A stretch of DNA of 64,000 nt from Tubiluchus corallicola. Lineage: Eukaryota > Animalia > Priapulida. Positions 12,927-32,394 of the stretch are shown here, in pieces. The translations under genes were made by a program, and so were the position numbers. The notes beneath the pieces are model-generated. The model saw only the letters and a program-made list of their open reading frames with translations, did no database searches and was not told the DNA's origin. Where the stretch lies: NCBI GenBank assembly GCA_030141605.1, contig JAQGDQ010002381.1, positions 124,001-188,000 on the forward strand. Reading direction: 5' to 3'. Every line of letters begins with the position of its first letter. Within the stretch, counting starts at the first letter, position 1.

Positions 12927-13588
12927 GTTAGTAATAAAATAATTTGTTCGTAATTTGTCTGTATTAAAGGAATAGCTGGTATTCAACATAGGGCAGATCC
13001 AGACTGCTACTTGTTGCAGAGCCAGAATTCAGACCACACCTGTTTGTCAAGGATAAACCTGTGAGACGAGATAGTGAAAAAATACAGGTAAGTAATTCTA
13101 CCTCTGCCTGCATAATCAGATGCACACCGTGGATGTCTCTACGACTTAACCAGACTAGGTCCCTCAACGACTTAGCGAGAGAAATAACCTGCGAATGGCG
13201 CATCATTTTACTAAATAGGTCGAGTTCTATGACTGCTTAACCATGGCTTCGCATTATCTACGAAGCTCCATTTAACCATTATTATTGCCCTAAACATAGT
13301 CTGTTAATTTATTCATTATGATTCATAGAATCGGTTAGTAGATTATATTGATATTAAAGCATGTTTTTTGGTATCTGTGAGAAATTCACGAATCCCACTT
13401 CAAACTTTTCAAGCTAATGAACATAAATAAATCAAAGTTCTTGTAACGCGTTTTCATCATTGATGGTTGCACAAATCATGTTGATGTCAGATAGCAACAC
13501 TTAACAAGTATGTCAGATAACTTAATTAATAAACATTTTCATTGTGGTAGTTCTGTAGATTGCTGATGCCGATAGCTTAGCCTTCAAG

Positions 13589-16054
13589 ATGTTTGACAAG
13601 AAAGTTGCTTTGTGTCTAACATTGTCCATTCTCTGGCTGCAAAGTAAGTAACTCAGCATAAAAAAGTTGTTTTTGATTTTGGTAAATTTGCTAACCTTTA
13701 GTCGTAACTCAAGCCGGTCGCCTGATAGTGATTCGACTCTCTACTATAGACTTTATAATGGTGGTCAGAAAATACTAAATTTCAAACGTTGACTCTCACG
13801 TTTTTATATAATTTCCAGTGTACTTCAGGACCGAGTAACGTCTACACTAGCTCAGCAATTTTGGAGGAGATAGATTATACAGACAGAAAAATACTAATTT
13901 TAGAAGTTTAGTAGAAAAGTACTAATTTTAGAAGTTTAGTAGAAAAGTACTAATTTTAGAAGTTTAGTAGAAAAGTACTAATTTTAGAAGTTTAGTAGAC
14001 AAGTACTAATATTAGAAGTTTAGTAGAAAAGTACTAATTTTAGAAGTTTAGTAGACAAGTACTAATTTTAGAAGTTTAGTAGACAAGTACTAATTTTAGA
14101 ATTTTAAGTTTTATGACCGTTGTTAGGCATTTTTAACGCACAGCTATAGGTCAGATCCTACCTGCTGTGTAAGCTTTGTTCGAATCGTTTCAGAGATATC
14201 GGAGAAAGAGCAAACAAACACAAACAGTCAGACAGATAAAAATTCTAAATTTTGACTCCTACAACTTTTAGATAATTGTTCATTGTATCACAATATCCAG
14301 TTGCGTCTTCACTACCTCAGGAATAGAGATAGATTTTGAAGTCAGAAAAGTACCAATCTTAGAAGTTGTTTTTATGCCGCAGGTAAGCGATCGTTGTCAG
14401 CATGGCCCCACAGTTTTTTACTGTATAACAAGTGTTCAGGCTGGCTTGGTTGCTTGCTTGGTTGGTTGGAATTGTATCAGCCGTCCCCGAGGAGTAGCGT
14501 GCAGAGGTAGGCAGGAAGGCGGGCGGACAGACAGGCGAACAGACTGATGCGACTGAGAATAAAAGTTGGCTAAGTTGTGTTGTCTAATAGGTTAATTAGA
14601 GAAATGATAAACGGTATGAAAGCAATGTCAAAGCTTGAAAAGTGCGAAGAGAGAGAAAAAAGAGAAAGAGAGAGACAGATAGAAAGAGAAGGAGAACAGA
14701 AAAGGGAATAGAAGAGATGGTAAAATAATAATTTTTTGTAGTAAAATTAACAGGTAAGTTGCAATTTATATCTGTCTGTAACAAATTATGGCTCACCTAC
14801 TGAGACGGAACTAATGTTTATTTTTGCTTTGCAGCACTGTCATATACAACCGAAGGAAGCTCATCAAATGCAAGATATGGAATCCCTTTATTAGACTTTG
14901 AAGATTACTTGCAGTGTTATGAATGTGAAGTATCGTTTCGCAAGACGTACAATACGAATGATACCTGTTTTAGTGAAGATAGACTCATCAATAGCAGCTA
15001 TTGGGTATTTTGCCCGAAAAAGTACAATACCTGCCAGGTAACTACTATAGTTATTACTAATGTGTTATATGTGGGTCTTAAACGTCATAGTTAATATCTA
15101 TCCTCTGGGTAATTTGCTTATGACTGTTCTTGCAGCTTCAAATTTGCATGTTACAGACATTTCTGCAGACAAGTTCTTTACTTTGCTGAGGTGACTTGAA
15201 CTGCCCAAATTAATACTATAATTAATATTCAGCACTAAAGCAGGTTAATAGCTGAGTGGTGACGTTCGTGTGTCTCACGACCGAAGTTACGCAACGCTAC
15301 CGCCTGGGCTCGAATTCGATACTTGCCCTTGGCCATATATCACTCTCCATAGTGTTTTTGGTTGCTGGCCTTGTGCTTTTGTATCAAAACATGGCTAAGA
15401 CGCCCCTTCTGGTTCAGTAGCTCACTTGGGTTGCACTTAAGGTTACTGACACGAGGTAAGACGCCGATCTCGCCATAAACACCACCTTAAAGTGATCCCG
15501 CTGTTTAATGCTGCATTCCTGCTAGCATTGCTCCGCATTATGCAATACAATAATGTATGAGAAACTTATCATTGCTGTTGTTTTTCCGGCTAGTGAAGCG
15601 AATGATGTTGCACAACAAAGCCACGTTCACACCTCGAATTCGCTCCGGCAAATCAGAATTATACGAACCCTTGTGCAAGAGGTGACATGGTTTGGCAATT
15701 CGTCACTACACTTGCAACAAAAAGTGTTTATTTTATGCCTTTTTATTACTAATATCAAATCTAAAATTTATATCACTTTCAATTGGCATAATTATTAAAA
15801 TTTATTTTACGTTATTTTTGTAGACGGAGAGAAGAGAAGTGAATGGGGTTCTTGTTCTCCTCCTGCGGAGATGTGCTAAAGAATGTGAACCTGGCTGTGA
15901 GCTGAGTGGTTATGGAGTGACAATAAAATCATGCATTTCCTGTTGTAATTCAACTCTTTGCAACGTGGACAATTTTGCCTTACTGATGTTGCCGTCCAGA
16001 ACTACGATAACAGCAGTGCTGCTGATGTTGTTATATTATGAATATTTAATTTAA
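13589..16054 (+). CDS. GPI-anchored Ly6/uPAR (three-finger) protein, quiver/sleepless-like; exons 13589-13643, 14835-15037, 15824-16054 (162 aa)
   Basis: Exon 1 encodes signal peptide MFDKKVALCLTLSILWLQ then GTAAGT (phase 1); exon 2 follows TTTGCAG and gives ...LQCYEC...C...C...CQ (phase 0); exon 3 follows TTTGTAG and gives RRCAKECEPGC...CISCCNSTLCN plus a hydrophobic GPI-type tail. 12 Cys in the domain; all junctions in frame. Confidence 0.88.
13886..14105. repeat. 28-bp minisatellite (~8 copies) in Ly6 intron 1
   Basis: Unit AGTACTAATTTTAGAAGTTTAGTAGAAA; period 28 (13893, 13921, 13949...). Confidence 0.92.
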
Positions 16055-17783
16055 TTCCATTTCGTTTTACATTTTATTATGGAAACTGCCGTACACAGCT
16101 CATCCTTACATTATGCCCCACATTGCTGGTACCGTGCAACCGAGAAAGCACTTTGCAAAACGGTTTTATGAAATTCCATGTAGCATGTAAAAATAGTAGA
16201 ACCTCGACAATTAAATTTGTAACCAAACATACGTTAAATGCCGTAAACTCAATAATGTTTTTCAACTTGTATAAAACTGTTATAAAAATAATGTACCCTG
16301 AAAGATGTACATTTTCATGTATTATCTCGTAAGATTATGAAAGGCAGCTAACGATAATAAACTTAACTAAAGACTGCATAAGTTGTATAGAAAATACAAA
16401 TCTTAATTTTTATCAAAGTATCAATTGAGAGAAACGTTAGAATATGTGGGGATCTTTTTAAATTAATTGCTTTGTCTTCTTGTATGAAAATAACTTCACT
16501 ACTTTTTTGTTGTTGTCAGTTTTTAATATATTTAATATACTTTTGCTAATAGTCTACTAACTTCTTTTAATTGAATCACTTATGTAACTTGACTGTACAC
16601 GTGTGTTCGAAAATAAATGATGTTAATAATAACAGTTTACCTGCTAGTCATAATGTTGCTGCTTCTGTTACTGGTGCTGCTGATGACGATGATAATAATA
16701 ATGGTGATGACATGATGGCATGTATTATGGCACTGGCGATGATGATGACACGACTGTGATAGTGATGGTGAGAGAGACAGTGATGATGACTGAGATTATG
16801 GTGATGAAGACGATGAAGACAATGACGAACGGTGATTAATTTCTTCATTTTACTGGCAGCACCAACAATAATTTAGTTAATTTTGAGTTCAGTTTGGTAT
16901 CATGATATTATGTTATTAAACTTTAGTAATTCTATTTAGATGTAACCATATTGTAGTATCATTTTACATTAAGAAAGATTATACATTATATTTTGTGTAT
17001 ACTTAATGTTGCCATAATATTTTGCGATAAATTAAACATAATTTCTTTTTCTCTATGAAAGTTAACATGTTTCCTGACGAATGCTCGCTGGTAAAAAACA
17101 TTGGTGTAGCTATTGCTAAAGTGTTTGCCTGTCACGGAAAGGTGCAAAAAAGTGACATTTGAATTACTCAGCACGTATATATTGCTAAAACTTTTGCTTG
17201 ACACGGTGATGTACTGTTCAAAGTGACATTTGAATTACTCAGAGCGTATATATTGCTAAAACTTTTGCTTGACACGGTGAGGTACTGTTGAACATTTGAA
17301 TCACTCACAGCGCATACATTGCTAAAACTTTCCCCTGTCTCGGTGAGGTTCTGTTGAACATTTGACTCACTCACAGTGCATACATTGCTAAAACTTTCCC
17401 CTGTCACGGTGAGGTACTGTTGAACATTTGAATCACTCACAGCATATACATTGCTAAAACTTTCCCCTGTCACGGTGAGGTACTGTTCAACAATTGAATT
17501 ACTCACAGCGAATACATTGCTAAAACTTTTGACTGTCACAGTGAGGTACTGTTGAACATTTTAATCACTCACAGCATATACATTGCTAAAACTTTCCCCT
17601 GTCACGGTGAGGTACTGTTGAACATTTGAATCACTCACAGCGCATACATTGCTAAAACTTTCCCCTGTCACGGTGAGGTACTGTTGAACATTTGAATCAC
17701 TCACAGCGCATACATTGCTAAAACTTTCCCCTGTTACGGTGAGGTACTATTGATTATTTGAATCACTCACAGCGCATACATTG

Positions 17784-23958
<6,175 letters not shown>

Positions 23959-26377
23959 AATAACCCGTTTTTATCTTGATGAATAAACTGCGTTATAAAA
24001 TTTGCAGCAGCTGAAGGTTATTGTACAAATATTGTTGTTAATAAGCGCAAGGAACTTTCTTGTTTGCACATCATTTGTCCCATTGTGGTAAAGCTTATTT
24101 CCATGTCTTCAATAAAATATATAGCGTCACCTTAGATATTGTCACGTGTGGGTTACGCCTTTTAACGACCGAAAAAAGCGTCAACAGTAGACATGTTAGC
24201 GTGCTGTACTTTCCACAAATGAGATCTTCAGGCAATTTAGAAGTTCCACATGAACGGGCGTTCAGGTTTTGTTCGCCAGCGTCCAAGTGGATTAAGCTTA
24301 ACAATTTAACGTGGCTGGGAGGGTCGAGGGAGGCGAACACAAAACAACCTTAGCCTAGACACACGTAAAACTGGCCATCACGTTTTTAAATTATGGTAAA
24401 CATGCAGAAATTGAAATCGTAGTTGTTTGAAAGCAGAATTTATTAATGAAGATTCATTTGAGCTCATATATTTCCACTCGAATACCTAATTTTATGGGTC
24501 GCATGTAGCTATAAACTAATATCACCTTTCTGGCTAGTATTACATACTCGTACTATTCTGAATTATTTTTATTTATTTATTTATTTATTTATTTAGTAAA
24601 TGTAATTCCCTTTTAGGTAAGTTTAATAAATTACTTGAATTTTTAATTTTTGCTTTTCAGGCAGACAATGGGTTTTGTTGGATGACGTAGAATGTCAAAA
24701 AGGTCACTAAGCCTTCTTTCACGATTACGTTCTACGTCTTTTAATTTAGATTTACGTCTTTGCAACTAATACGAAAATATTTCTCACCAGCCGAATAATA
24801 TTGATTGCAACAAGCTAAATCAGATTTTGACGAAACTAAGAATCAATTTTCGCCATCTTTAAAATGTAACAAATGAATACGTTTAATTGTCGCTGATTCA
24901 CAATTGAATATATTGTGCAAAATAAAATTTATTACAGGAAAAACAGTGTTAAAACTAATATATTTTTTGTAGTTTGCCACACTAAAACGTAACATTGTGA
25001 TACAAAATTAATAATTATGACTGGAATGAAAGAAGATGCGCCACGTGGTCTATGTGAAGTGCAGAAATCACAACTTGGCATCGCAAAAATTCCAATCTTG
25101 CTTGTCATTGTCTTTACGGCTATTGTTCAATCGGAAAACTGTACTTCCTCCCAATGTTTCCTCTATTATCCACGTCAGGCACATGAACTTCACCACTGTC
25201 CTTTTTTGCTAAACACAAAAGAAACAAAATTATGTTTTATAAAACTTAAATTATTATTTTTAAAAATTACACATTCCTGATACGCCATTTTCAAATTGCC
25301 AAAAATAATCTGTTAAACTAAATTTTGTTTTCTAAACTCTAGTTTGTAATAATTAATGCAACAATAAGTGTTTTTGGAATGGCCGTAAAAGTTCCTTCTA
25401 TAATCTATTCGTTCAATTTAATTGAAATTTATAAAAGTAGGCATTTGCGTTTTTGTGCTCGTCAGACATGCTTTTATAATATCATGCTGATTTTGAAAAA
25501 AATTGAATCCAAATTTTATTTTTGAAGAAAATTTGAATCCAAAAAGCAAATTTTACTTTTGCACAGGCTTCACCCACACTTTTGTGTAGCGCTTTTACTA
25601 AAACGTATTCTCGCGTTTAAAGTTGAAAAAACAAAAAAACTTAAAGCATTAAAACCAGAAAAAACGCATAAAAATTCTCTCTACCAACGATCGAACTATG
25701 GGCCTTCAGGTCAAAAACAAATAGTCTCATAACCGCATGATTGAGCTGTGATACAGTATCGGTTTTAAATCTTTTCAAATTTTCCTTCCTATCAAATTGT
25801 TAATTTGATTAGTGATAATTACTCTCTGTTATTTACATAGTTTTATCTTAGCTCTAATTACTTTTCAGTGCATGCAAGAAGGACATTAATTAGCACTGAA
25901 TTGCGTTATTATTGCTACACAAAAATAAAAACATTCCCATACGAAACCTTCAATTTTTTTCGAAACACTGAAGCTTGTTTCAGACATGTGACCTGGTGAA
26001 CGTGCTACAAAAGTACCTGTAGAACACACCTATAATAAATAAAATAAATACGCACACGAGTTAGTTATTTAGCAACAGTCAAGAACCGTTAGTTAAAAAA
26101 TAACGAGTTAATAACAACAATTTTTAACAATAAGTTAATAACACGAATTTTCCTATCTTTACTTAAGTAAATGTTTTTCTTACGTTTTAAAGGACAAGAA
26201 AAGGTGTACCTGAAGCAGGTTTCAGAAAAATCGCCTTAAAAAATTATATTACTTTATAGCAATTTTATGCCTATATCTTACTCGCACTGAAAGTAATTTT
26301 GATTTGTTTTCATTTTAAATTTCCCGCAATACTATTCCGAAGTCGCCATTACATGACGTCATGCACCAAACGTAAAT

Positions 26378-27359
26378 CAAGGGAAGAAAAGGCAATGTTA
26401 AATTATATCTCAAAAGACTTTCCGTGCAAATCTATATTACTTAGATTTTCGCTTACCTGCTAGAGAGATTTATGTAACTAGAAAAGAAAATTATTAATTA
26501 TTTAAAATGTTTTCACCAATTGGTAAAATGTAGCTGACTCACCCTACAGGGTGCACCACTCACTAACAAAAAAACGTATTTTTAATCTTATTGACAAGAC
26601 ATAGTAATTTTAAATTTTATTTAGTTAGTGACTTGCGCGCTACGAATGCTCTGATTATTTTTTCAAACTTTACAAAATGTTATCTAAACTTGTTTCAAAT
26701 GACCTGTCGTGAAAATGGCTGCGTCTAACGGTCATCGCGGGAGTTTAAATTTACAGGTTTTATACAGCGTGACTGCCGATTGAAGTCCTGCATGCAAAAA
26801 GGCAGCATGTAAGCGAAACAAAATTTCAAAACGAATTTTTCAAGCTTTATGTTTATGAAGGGTTCTCTTGTGCTTTAAGCACCACACCGCTTGATTAAGT
26901 TCTTTCGGTAGACAATGTTTTGCAGCCTATACTGCCTTATTGCACACAGATGTTATATTAGCAATAATACTGTATAAAACATGTAAATTTAAACTCCCGC
27001 GATGACTGTTAGGCGCAGCCATTTTGACGGTAGATTGTTTGAAACAACTTTAGGTGACATTGTGTGAAGTTTGAAAAAACCATCAGAGAATTCGCAGCGC
27101 ACTCTTCTGTTACTAAACAAAAGACTTAATTACTTTACATTACCAATAAAATTAAAAATACGTTTTTGATAACTTAGTGGTGCATACTGGGCTGGTGAAA
27201 CACTGACGATTTACCAGTTGGAGCAAACATTTTAAATTGCTAAAAAATTTCTTTTCTAGTTACATAAGTCCCTCAAGCAGGTAAGCGTATAGCTAAGTAA
27301 TATAAGTTTGTGTGGAAAGTTTTTGTGAACATTCTTTAAAAATGTTTTTTCTTCCCCTT
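26378..27359. repeat. Large inverted repeat: two ~400-bp copies of a dispersed repeat family in opposite orientation, ~190-bp spacer
   Basis: CGCTTACCTGCT...TTATGTAACTAGAAAAGAAA (left) vs TTTCTTTTCTAGTTACATAA...AGCAGGTAAGCG (right); inner GTCATCGCGGGAGTTTAAATTTACA vs TGTAAATTTAAACTCCCGCGATGAC. Confidence 0.85.
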
Positions 27360-27949
27360 CAACATTTTTTGCTGTTTCAAGGAAATCAATGTGCACCACA
27401 CGCTTAGCACACATGGAACTAATGGAAGGAATTCAGCCAAACGAGTCAAGAACCAAACTTAGAGTCCTGGTTGCACCATTTGAAAACTAGGGCAGAGGCG
27501 GGCCAAACTGCTGGTGAAATTGAGGAAGCGCTTTTACATCTCCCTGGATATTCTGACATTTGGCACCGCTTCACTTAAACTTTCATAAATACTTTTTAAG
27601 AAAAAGCTTTCTTCCGATTAAAATTTTTCGTCTATAAATGGTAGTACTAAACTAGTCATCTAGATAATTTAGTAAAAAAAGCAAGCGAAGGCAATTAGCT
27701 GATCGAGCGCCCGAAGTTAAGCAACAGCTGATCCTGAGCAGTAAATGAATGGATAATCAATATGAAAATTGGTTCTGCGGCTTCTTCTGCTATATTTCCC
27801 CGGCTCTTTTCCCTGCTGAAGAGAGGTACAATCGCGTCCATCTTAGAGGGCTGTCTTCGATAATAAGCAAGATCCCGTCCAGTCACAACAATTTATAATA
27901 ATCATTTGAACGCACGAAAGAATATTATATTAAAAAGTGTGAAAAATTT

Positions 27950-28205
27950 CAAACCACCGCTAGGACTCGAACCTAGGACTTATGCTGTCCAGGCAGCTAT
28001 ACTAGCCGCTACACCACAAAGGCACTTGACCTACTTGACGGCACGTATGCTACTAGTTGTATATGAATGAGGAATTAAAGTCTACATTGTACCACATAGT
28101 ACAAGATCAATTCTATGAACGCCCGAAAGCTGGTATAAATTATCCCTTCATCGGGATTCGAACTCATAACCTACAATCCGGGTTGCTAACCATTACGCCA
28201 CAGAG
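27950..28205 (-). mobile_element. Two degenerate tRNA-like/SINE heads
   Basis: Reverse strand shows TGTGGTGTAGCGG...GGTTCGAGTCC and TGTGGCGTAATGG...GTTCGAATCCC (A/B boxes) without intact cloverleaves. Confidence 0.5.
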
Positions 28206-28785
28206 AGATTTTTCAGAATAAAAAAAATACACTGGACGATGAAAAAGGTAACTAGCAGGTTGACCTAATTAGCAAACGCCAAAAGACAAGATATTAGACA
28301 GGTTTCCATCATTTGTAAAAAATGTGGCACATGTTTTTCCTTCCATACAGGTGCTGCCAATGAAATTAGTATTCATCAGTTTGTTAGATTTGAGTGCACG
28401 CATGCGCAAGTCAACTCAAAAATAAATGTAAAGACAAGCATAATAATTAGTAAGTTACGGAGGTAACCTTAGTCATCAGAATACCGACCAACCAAAAGCT
28501 GTACTGCCTGTAGATTTTTGCATCAGTAGATTTAGTATAATAAATGCATATTATGTTAAAAGTAATTTTTAATTTTTTTGTGCGTATGCGTTGAGAAGTT
28601 ATATTTTGTAATTGAATTTTAATTTTACCTATGTAAATTTTATGTCTTTTATTCACAATTTAAAAAATTAACTCTTGTAATAGTAGTTTAACACTATTGC
28701 CTACAACAGGCATTGAGTGGTTACACATATAGTATTTTCACGTATTTTATCACACCTGTAAATGTGTAGAACTTATGCAATAAAG

Positions 28786-28835
<50 letters not shown>

Positions 28836-28927
28836 CACTGCTGTGATGGCAGTGCTAATCGTGCAAAGTTAACAGCGCAGTTCACAGCGGGTATTGCTCT
28901 CCTCAATTTTTCCCTAGTTCTTATGCA

Positions 28928-30821
28928 TTAAATAACAGCATATTTTAAGACTAACAATACCTGAGTGCTATTGGTTAATCTGCCATTGTAGTATTTAGTG
29001 TTCCTGTCGTGTGGATATCGCAATTCGCCGCAGCAGCTCCTGCTTTTCAGGACAGCAATGAAACCCAACCGGAACTTCCGGTTCAGAAATCCGTACAGGA
29101 CCGGATCAATCCCACTATTCGACGTGGATATCCATTGGCATATGGGTATGAGCAGTGCCAGCTGCGCATTGTTATCGGAGACAACTCCAAAATAAACAAA
29201 CGCAAACGTCAAGTACAGTGGCAGCCAACTGAAGGCGAACACCATCACAACGACTAGGACCATTTTTGCAAGTTTGAGCTTCTGTTTTCGAACCAGCGTT
29301 TCCAAGTCACGTGTTTCACCAATCACGGGACGTCGTAAGACGTGCAGAAATATCAAGAAATAGCAAACACTTATGACAGCTAAGGGAACAATGTAGCACT
29401 GCAAAGCTACAACGCACAAGAAGTACCATTTTGCTGCAGCGGGATCGTGCCATCCGAATTCGCCACAAACTGACAGTAATTGACCCTTGAATATTATATC
29501 TACGGCATCGTAATACAGCAACCAAGGAATGAAGGTCAGGCAGGAATATATCCATATAACAGCAATGAATCGTCCCGCTGCCTTCGTCGTCATCTCATAC
29601 TTCATCGGATAAACAATAGAAATGTATCTGGAAATATAAATCTCATTATTTTTGCAATACAATAATTGCCAACAGGTGTCTCTAGTGAGAAATCCTTTTC
29701 AAGACCAGGGCCGGATTTTAATTTTGTAGGCCCCTGGGTTACAGATACATGAGGCTCCGGCCCCAGTGACAATTAAAAAAAGCGTGAATGTTGGATTCTT
29801 CAAATCAGCTTATTCAAATTCTACAAAATAATGCCAACATTAGGCCCACGTAGATGGGTGAAAGTTTAACACAACAAAAAGAGAAGAAATATTCTGATAT
29901 TTACAAAATTAAAACATGGAATACATACGAATTACAATAAATTGTAATTTTGTCACAGGAGGTGACCTCAATTCCTCTAAAATTGTGTCATTGTAATCAG
30001 ATTGCTAGTGTATTTGGCAGTATCAATGAGTTCAAATAATGAACAAGAAAACAATTTCAGTGTATTATTACACAGTATATTAATGCATTCTCTAGCAACT
30101 TTTCACAGTAATTTACTTTCACTTAATTTCTGGAGGCCCCTCAACTGGCAAAGGCCCCTGGGCTGCAGCCCATAAAGCCCATGCTCTAGTAACTTTTCAC
30201 AGTAATTTACTTTCAGAATCTCTGGAGGCCCCTCAACTGGCAAAGGCCCCTGGGATGCAGCCCATAAAGCCCATGCTCTAGTAACTTTTCACAGTAATTT
30301 ACTTTCACTTAATTTCTGAAGGCCCCTCAGCTGGCGAAGGCCGCTGGGCTGCAGCCCATCTGGTACTGTTAAAGACAATTAATGAGTTTTGAGAACTCAG
30401 CTGATTCACGGCTGTTTCAACTAGAAAATGCTCACTAAGCAGCATTAGGTTTTATACTGTACTGTGTTATACTAGCTTTAAAAATCTTTGCATGTTTGTT
30501 AGAGATTTCGTCGTCTTTAATATAACATCAATAATTGATTCATTAAACCACCATGCATCGTCTCCCAAAAGACAGTCACCAAACTAATTTTCTTACTTAT
30601 TTAATCGTTGGTAAAGAGCAAACATGACTGACTTATTCCTTATTCATTATATTAAACACTTACTGATTAATAAGACCAGATTTCAAAAGCAAGCCTCCCT
30701 TGCTCGTGTGTATTTGCTTACCTCTCTACAGATATGGTAGCCAGTGTGTTCACGGAAGAGGAAACGGAAACAGCTTGAAGCCAGACAACTGTTTTGCACG
30801 CCCCATCCGAGAACGGATAAC
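28928..30821 (-). CDS. SIFamide/NPFF receptor-like GPCR, cassette B (TM3-TM7): exons 30821-30722 and 29627-28928; possible alternative end 29627-28961 + 28507-28469
   Basis: 100-nt exon YPFSDGACKTVVWLQAVSVSSSVNTLATISVER joins YISIVYPMK (ERY motif); YIVPL, FAFSWLP, NSGIDPVLYGFLNRKFR; no stops or frameshifts. Confidence 0.88.
29706..30368. mobile_element. hAT-type non-autonomous element in the cassette-B intron, with a triplicated ~90-bp subterminal segment
   Basis: Termini CAGGGCCGGAT / ATCTGGTACTG; 8-bp TSD TTCAAGAC (29698-29705) vs TTAAAGAC (30369-30376); GGCCCC motifs; three tandem copies at ~30092-30360. Confidence 0.75.
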
Positions 30822-31189
30822 CTTTAAAAGAAAGCTTGTGCTAGCAAACTAGAGTTTAGATCTATTACTGTATTAGTAAGGTACTAATTATATCTTTTAT
30901 TTATCATTACTAATTGTTTTGTCTGTATTCAGGTTTTGTGGTTTTCTGCCGAGGAAAGCGCCAGTGATGCAAAGACGACAGATATATTTTATTCAAATTT
31001 GAAAGTAGCTAATGCAAGAAAACACTTTTCATAACAAAAGTTTAAAAAATCGTCTTGAAATTTTATATCACTTACATGCTGATTGTAAATTAAAGTACAA
31101 GAGAACACTCTTCATAAATAAAGCTTAAACATCGTCTTGAAAGGTCATATTGCTTACATACTGTCTTATTGCATACAGGGCTTACGTTA

Positions 31190-31560
31190 ACAGTAGCGCT
31201 GTATAGAGCTCGTAAATTTAAACTCCCGCGTTAGGCGCAGTCATTGTAATGTCAGTCGTTTGAAACAAATTTAGATAACATCGCATAAAGTTCGAAAAAA
31301 TAATCAGAGCATTTGTAACACGCTCCTCGCTAACTAAGCAAAAGTATAAATTGCTTTACATTATCAATAAGATTAAAAATACGTTTTTGGTGAATCAGTG
31401 GTGCACGCTGGGATGGTGATGCAGTGCCATTCCACTAGTTGTCGCGAGCATTTAAAATTATTAAGAAATTTCTTGTCTAGTTACATTTGTTTTTCAAACA
31501 GATAAGAATGATGCATACAGAAGTAATGTAACTTCATATCATGGAAAGTTCCTAGAGACA
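31190..31560 (-). repeat. Solo copy of the ~400-bp repeat family (oriented like the right arm of the 26.4-27.4 kb inverted pair)
   Basis: GTAAATTTAAACTCCCGCG...TTAAAAATACGTTTTTG...TCTAGTTACAT shared with ~26965-27359. Confidence 0.8.
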
Positions 31561-32394
31561 TACTGTACTTTAAAAACCGTTTTGATTCTCGTTAAAAAAT
31601 TTATTATGAGGTTTTCGGTGACCGCATTGGTAATTTTATTTCATGATATGATATGATGTGATTAACATGGTAATGTTATAGCAAAGAATGTTTTTTACTA
31701 TAATGTTTACGAACTGTATTCTGTACAATAATAATTTGCTAATAAAACACGCTTCATTTCGTCAGTCACAAAACAGTTCAGGTCGTGGCATCATCCTGAA
31801 TTCTGTTTGTCAGCTAAATCGATCTAGATTCGCCCTGCGTTATGACTTTCACTTAACGCTACACAAATAATTTACATATTTCATTATTGTTGTGACTAAC
31901 CGACTGACTCAATACTATCTGAGGTTAATACAGCGCCCTTTTCGCCTAGAAATATACTGTTTTTTATTTTGTATTAATTTGCATTTAATAATGGATAAAG
32001 TTACGATGATTTTATGCATGAGATGAGTTTTCTTACTGCAGTTACAAATGTTTGCGGCCTAAAATGTTTCACTGTTTACCTGTGTTTGTCCTGCACCTCC
32101 TATTAACACCGTGTATTATTTGAAATTAATTAAGATTGAACAAAAGATGGCGCTTCTATCAAAGAATTGAAACTTGAGTAGTTTTGTTACGTTAACGCCA
32201 GTGACGCACTACAAGTCCTTTTTTGTAACTTTTGTCAGCAAACAATGATGAATTAAGAAAGAATAAATGGCTTCCCATTCTTTGGGGCAAAAATCTTGTG
32301 CATATGTCATAGATAAGAAAAAAATTAAATGTTCAAGCAGAAAGTCAGTCTGTGTCACCAGAAAATCATCGACTCTGCCAATCGGTTAGTAGAT

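Noticed and set aside
13886-14105. 28-bp repeat array superficially CRISPR-like
   Set aside because: Head-to-tail units with no unique spacers, eukaryotic intron, no cas genes.
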